Assembly: GCA_963841435.1 (NCBI GenBank)
Contig: CAWJCS010000005.1
Coordinates: forward strand, 1,696,001-1,760,000
Length of the DNA stretch: 64,000 nt
Direction: 5' to 3'
Origin: an uncultured delta proteobacterium
GTDB lineage: Bacteria; Myxococcota_A; Polyangia; Polyangiales; Polyangiaceae
The notes under the pieces are model-generated. The model was not told the origin of the DNA. It saw nothing but the letters and a program-made list of their open reading frames with translations, and searched no databases. Shown one piece after another: positions 58,038-64,000 of the stretch (the stretch's first letter is position 1; each line of letters opens with the position of its first letter). The position numbers and the translations under genes are program-made.

Positions 58038-59894
58038 TCACTTCGCGGCGAGGTGACTGGGCTCGGGTCGCGACTTTTCTTCGGCGCGCAGGCGGGCGCC
58101 CACCGGGTCCTTCGGAGCGAGTAGCTCCAGGCGCTCCAGCGTTTGCGACAAAAGCTCGTGGTCATCGTGCCCGGCGAGGAAGAGAGCGCGCTGCCGCAGC
58201 GCCGAGACGACCACGGCGCGGGTCGCACCATCGGTCGGCGCGCCGTCGGTCGGCGTCACGGCGCGGACGGCGCGTTCGAAGCGCCCCGTCGCGTGCTCGA
58301 TGGCGAGAGTGCGATCGGAGCGCGCCACGGGGTTCGAACGGAACGCGAGCCAGAACGACTCCGGCAGCACGTGGTCGCTCAGCCGCTCGTCCCAGCCGGG
58401 CTCGAGCTCGACGAAGAGCGGGCGGGCGTCGGCGAGGGAGGTGAGGGCGTACTCACCCGGGCGCCCGTTTAGCGCGATGTCGCGAAGGAGCGGCGCGAGC
58501 GCCGGCTCTGCGTCGATCAAGCGACGCCGCAGCGCCCCCCGCTCGAGCCACGACACCGGGACGATCAGCGCGTCCGGGCGCTCGCCCCGCACGAGCTGCG
58601 CCGCCCACAGCCGGTACGCGAGGGACTCGGAGCGCGCGAGCAAGAGCGCGTGATCCGGCATGCTGGCGAGCCCTTCGTCCGTCCACACTTCGGTGGCGTA
58701 GGTGTCACGGCGCTCCGTGGCGGCCGCTGATGCCTCCGAGCCGACGAACACGAGCGTGAAATCGAACGCCACGAGCAGCACGGCCGCCGGACGCGCGAAC
58801 GGCAGTCGTGCCCGCACGATGCCCAACGCCGCCGCCTGCACGCCGAGCGCCGCCGTGACACCGAGCGCGGCGAGCGCGAGCAACCGCGTGGGAGCGAAGG
58901 GGTCCGCGGCGAGCGGCCCGACGTGTGTGGCGGGCAGCGCGAGATCCACGAGCACGAGCGTGACGAGCGGCAGGAGCGCGCGCCGGACGGTTTTCCTCGC
59001 GAGCCCCACGACGAGGCCGAAGACCGAGAGCGCGAGCGGGACGAGACCCATGTCGGCGAGCCACGCGGAAAGCGCCGTGAGTCGTTCGCTGCCGGCGTCG
59101 CCCGCCGTGAGGCTCGACTGGCCGAGCCCGAAGCCGAGATCGAGCCAGGCGTTCGGTGCCACCGAGCGCATGAAGAGCGCACCCACCACCAAACCCACCA
59201 CCACGCCGGCTCCCGCAGCACCGGCGAGCACGGTGCGAAGCTCGGGCAGCGCGCGTCGCGCGACGGAGCGGGCCGCGAGCGCAAGGAAAAGCGCCAGCGC
59301 CGCCGCGTGGCTCTCGACGGCGGTGACACCCACGAGCGCGCCGACGAGTAGGCTCGAGCGCGCGTCGCGTCGCGGCAGGGCTTCGCTCGCTGCGAGCGCG
59401 GCGAGCGCCGCTGCCGTGCCGAGTGCCGCGCCGCCCACCACGGTTGCCTCGAGCTGGAAGCTCGGCGAGAGCACCGCCGTGAGCGCGGCCGCGAGCGCGA
59501 GCGCCGGATTGAGCGCAGGCATGCGATCGCTCCTCGCGAGCAGCGCGCGAGCGCGGTCGTAAATCAGGCGCGAGGCCAGCGCGAGTGCGAAGCTTGCCGC
59601 CCACGCCGCGCGGAGCCAACGACCGCCCACGGGCAAGAACGAGAACAGCTGGTCGGCGACGATACCGAGCCATCCCTCGCCGCCGAGCGGCAGGAACGCG
59701 AAGCCGGTCACGGCGGGCAGATCGTCGCGCCAGCCGCTGCTCGACCCCGCCCTGAGCAGCGTGATCACGAGGGGCACGACGAGCGACAGCGCCGCGCACG
59801 TCCGCTCGAAGGTCCCTGGTTCTTGCTCGCCCGAGCCGCGCGTCACCGCCCCATCGCTACGGGATCTGGCGGATTTATCCCAATTTTCGGCCAT
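58038..59894 (-). CDS. Polytopic membrane protein, possibly DUF2723/GT-C-like
   Basis: Many hydrophobic segments, then a soluble domain with LWAAQLVRGERPD. Confidence 0.55.
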   Translation of the reverse strand: MAENWDKSARSRSDGAVTRGSGEQEPGTFERTCAALSLVVPLVITLLRAGSSSGWRDDLPAVTGFAFLPLGGEGWLGIVADQLFSFLPVGGRWLRAAWAASFALALASRLIYDRARALLARSDRMPALNPALALAAALTAVLSPSFQLEATVVGGAALGTAAALAALAASEALPRRDARSSLLVGALVGVTAVESHAAALALFLALAARSVARRALPELRTVLAGAAGAGVVVGLVVGALFMRSVAPNAWLDLGFGLGQSSLTAGDAGSERLTALSAWLADMGLVPLALSVFGLVVGLARKTVRRALLPLVTLVLVDLALPATHVGPLAADPFAPTRLLALAALGVTAALGVQAAALGIVRARLPFARPAAVLLVAFDFTLVFVGSEASAAATERRDTYATEVWTDEGLASMPDHALLLARSESLAYRLWAAQLVRGERPDALIVPVSWLERGALRRRLIDAEPALAPLLRDIALNGRPGEYALTSLADARPLFVELEPGWDERLSDHVLPESFWLAFRSNPVARSDRTLAIEHATGRFERAVRAVTPTDGAPTDGATRAVVVSALRQRALFLAGHDDHELLSQTLERLELLAPKDPVGARLRAEEKSRPEPSHLAAK

Positions 59895-59938
59895 TCGGCG
59901 TGGAAGCTCGCGTGCGGAGCCGATGCTAGGCTCCACGA

Positions 59939-60443
59939 GTGACGGCGGGTGGGTCACGTCGCTGCTTGGCGCTTGGCTGGCCGGGGCTGGCCTTCGTCCT
60001 TTTGCCGCTCCAGGCGTGCGGCGGCCTCTCGGCCGATGATCGCGGACGGGGTCCGGATCTGGATGGTGGCGGGCCGAAGTTGACCTGCACCTGGAACGGC
60101 GAAATGTACGCCGACGGGGCGAGCGTTTCGTGGGGCTGCAACTCGTGCTTTTGCGATCACGGTCAAATGGCGTGCACGCTGATTGCATGCACTCCGCCGC
60201 CCTGCGACTACGCGGGCACGACGTACGCCGTCGGCGTGCGGCTGCCCGACGACCGTGAGCCACACGGACGAGCTCGACGCGCTCGCGGCGGAGTACGCCG
60301 GCGCGCAGTGTGTGAGCGACGTGCTCTGCGACGAATGCCCCTTCGGTGACCTGCGCGGCATGTGCGTCGACGGGTCTTGTACGGACGTTTGGCTCGTACC
60401 GAGCCCGCCGTTCGAGCCTCCGCCGTCCGATCCGGCGCCCTAG
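59939..60443 (+). pseudogene. Cys-rich lipoprotein with a pacifastin/VWC-like repeat, broken by an apparent deletion/frameshift at about 60236
   Basis: Lipobox LQAC; CNSCFCDHGQMACTLIAC; the second repeat breaks off and CGCPTTV..CVDGSC continues in another frame. Confidence 0.65.
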
Positions 60444-60603
60444 TCAGCGGGGGCCTGCCGTCTCGCCGCCGCGTGCCGTGCCGTCGTGGGCTACTTCTGG
60501 CTCGACCGCCCGGACCTCGGCTGCTACCTGAACCGCTCGGGCTGCGACGTACCGGCGGCGCGGGTGTGGGCAGAAGAAGACGCCGGCAAGGAATACCAAA
60601 ACG

Positions 60604-61524
60604 GTGCCATCTGCCCCCGCCGCCCTGATCGCGCTTTCGCTCTTCATGTTTGCGCGATCGGCGAGTGCAGACGCCCGCTACGCCGCCGACAGCTTGCTCG
60701 GCGACGTTGAGCGCATCGTGAGCGACACCGAAAGCTCGGGCTGGTTCGTCGACGACGACGCACTGCAGGATGCGCGCCGCGCGTTGCTCGAATCGGTGTG
60801 TCGGACGCCACCCGAATCCCGCGCCCTCGCGCTCGGGCGCCTTGAGCAGGCGAGCCGCGCGGCGGGCTCGGCGCGCTCTCTTTACGAGGCGGAGGGTCGC
60901 AAGCTCACGGCCGTCGTCGTGCGCGCCCGCTTCGTCGAACGCGAGGTTCTCGCCTTGAAGACGGCGATGAGCTGGGCCGAGCGCGATTGTCCTTTCTGGG
61001 TCGAGCCGGAGCCCGGGTTTCGCGGGCTGCAGACCGACCGCGATCGCTTTGCGCTTTCGGTCGAATCGGCCGGCAACGTGCAGATACGGCGCACCGCAGG
61101 CACGACCACGATCGGCGCCGGGGGGCTCGGGCGCCTGCTCGTCGCGCGCGGGTTCGGCGGGCGCTATTCGCTGCTTGCCGGTTTCGAGTTCGGCGGCAAT
61201 GCCATGCTGAGGCCGGGCGCCGTGCCGACGGAGTTCGTCGTGAACTACCTTCCCGCGCTGCCCGTCGTGTTCCGCATTCACCAAGTCGCCTGGCACTACG
61301 AGGTCGAGCTTGCGCCTGTGGCGCTGTTTCAAGCGGACAACGGCGCGTTCAGCTTCGGCGGTCGCGTCGGCGTCGGCATCGGTGTGTCGTCGTTGCGCAC
61401 TCGCGGCGTGATCGCGTGGGCGGGGCTGTCGCTCGCGTACGAGCGCTACGTCGCCTCAGGCCATCGTCCGTCGGCCGACTTCCTGCGAAGCGGTCTGGGC
61501 GTCGGCGTGATTTGGGACGGTTGA
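60604..61524 (+). CDS. Exported hypothetical protein with a helical N-domain and a beta-barrel-like C-domain
   Basis: Signal peptide ending ASA-D; C-terminal amphipathic strands ending GVGVIWDG. Confidence 0.65.
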   Translation: MPSAPAALIALSLFMFARSASADARYAADSLLGDVERIVSDTESSGWFVDDDALQDARRALLESVCRTPPESRALALGRLEQASRAAGSARSLYEAEGRKLTAVVVRARFVEREVLALKTAMSWAERDCPFWVEPEPGFRGLQTDRDRFALSVESAGNVQIRRTAGTTTIGAGGLGRLLVARGFGGRYSLLAGFEFGGNAMLRPGAVPTEFVVNYLPALPVVFRIHQVAWHYEVELAPVALFQADNGAFSFGGRVGVGIGVSSLRTRGVIAWAGLSLAYERYVASGHRPSADFLRSGLGVGVIWDG

Positions 61525-61566
61525 GGCGCTGTCATTGAACTCCCCCCGAGACGCGCCTATCATCGA

Positions 61567-62022
61567 TTGATGGAGCCAAGCCGCCTGCCACTCGAGGGGC
61601 AGGGGTACAGGACTCCGCTCGGCGAGCTCGACATCTGGGTACCGTCGGCGTCGCTCGTGCTCGTGCGCATGACGGGCGTCGGCGACGCGCGCTTCGCAGG
61701 CCCGGTGCTCGAGCACTTCGACGCCGCCGCCAAGGCGGGCGCGCCCGTGCACCTGTTCGTCGATTTCCAACGTCTCGACACGTACGAGTCCGGCCTTCGA
61801 ACGCGAGCGACCGCTCACCTCGGCGGCCAACGCCAAAACATCGGAGGCCTGCACGTGCTCGTCCGCTCGCGTCTGGTGGCGATGGGCGTCGCCGTCGCGA
61901 ACCTCGCGCTCGGTGGGATCATTCGTGCTCACTCCCAACGGGCCAGCTTCAGCGAGGCGCTCGACCGCGAGCTCCGCGCCCAGGGCGTGGTCGGCTTCTC
62001 GAGCGCCGTTCTCGCGGCGTAG
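61567..62022 (+). CDS. Hypothetical protein, possibly STAS/SpoIIAA-like alpha/beta fold
   Basis: LFVDFQRLDTYES..LHVLVRSRLVAMGVAVANL pattern. Confidence 0.5.
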   Translation: MMEPSRLPLEGQGYRTPLGELDIWVPSASLVLVRMTGVGDARFAGPVLEHFDAAAKAGAPVHLFVDFQRLDTYESGLRTRATAHLGGQRQNIGGLHVLVRSRLVAMGVAVANLALGGIIRAHSQRASFSEALDRELRAQGVVGFSSAVLAA

Positions 62023-62119
62023 GGCCGCTTGGGCCCGCGCATGGCGCGTGACGCGCCCGCCCGGGCGCGCTAAGAGCCGAGCCCCGTCGTACGGCGGGGA
62101 AAAGGCGAGGAATATCAGC

Positions 62120-64000
<1,881 letters not shown>

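Noticed and set aside
60486..60710. Small Cys-containing ORF between the pacifastin-like gene and the 60604 gene
   Set aside because: It overlaps the better-supported 60604 gene and has no clear RBS or motif; at most a remnant

Overview
This is a very GC-rich bacterial chromosomal segment. Gly-rich lipoproteins, a Hanks-type kinase, a GYF_2-like protein and an ECF/anti-sigma module point to a myxobacterium, probably Polyangiaceae/Sorangiineae-like (inference from gene content). Housekeeping genes are serS, rnr, add, rpoZ, a CbpA-like J protein, tag and aspS (cut by the window end). Transport genes are a liv branched-chain amino acid ABC operon and three RbsABC-type sugar ABC systems. Sugar-related enzymes are GalM, a Gfo/Idh/MocA oxidoreductase, an extended SDR, a fucose-isomerase-like protein and a clan GH-A hydrolase; PhoD is also present. 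Notable points: (1) a porin/lipoprotein/di-heme cytochrome/sugar-uptake locus at the left end; (2) signalling genes nested inside two ABC operons; (3) a four-gene ECF sigma module preceded by a PLD gene; (4) each of the three sugar ABC systems carries one +1 insertion; (5) several genes with internal deletions, including a pacifastin-like lipoprotein; (6) a perfect 23-bp x ~17.7 tandem array next to a PadR gene with a palindromic operator. I recognised no rRNA, tRNA, CRISPR array, transposase or prophage. All calls come from reading motifs by eye; no database search was run.
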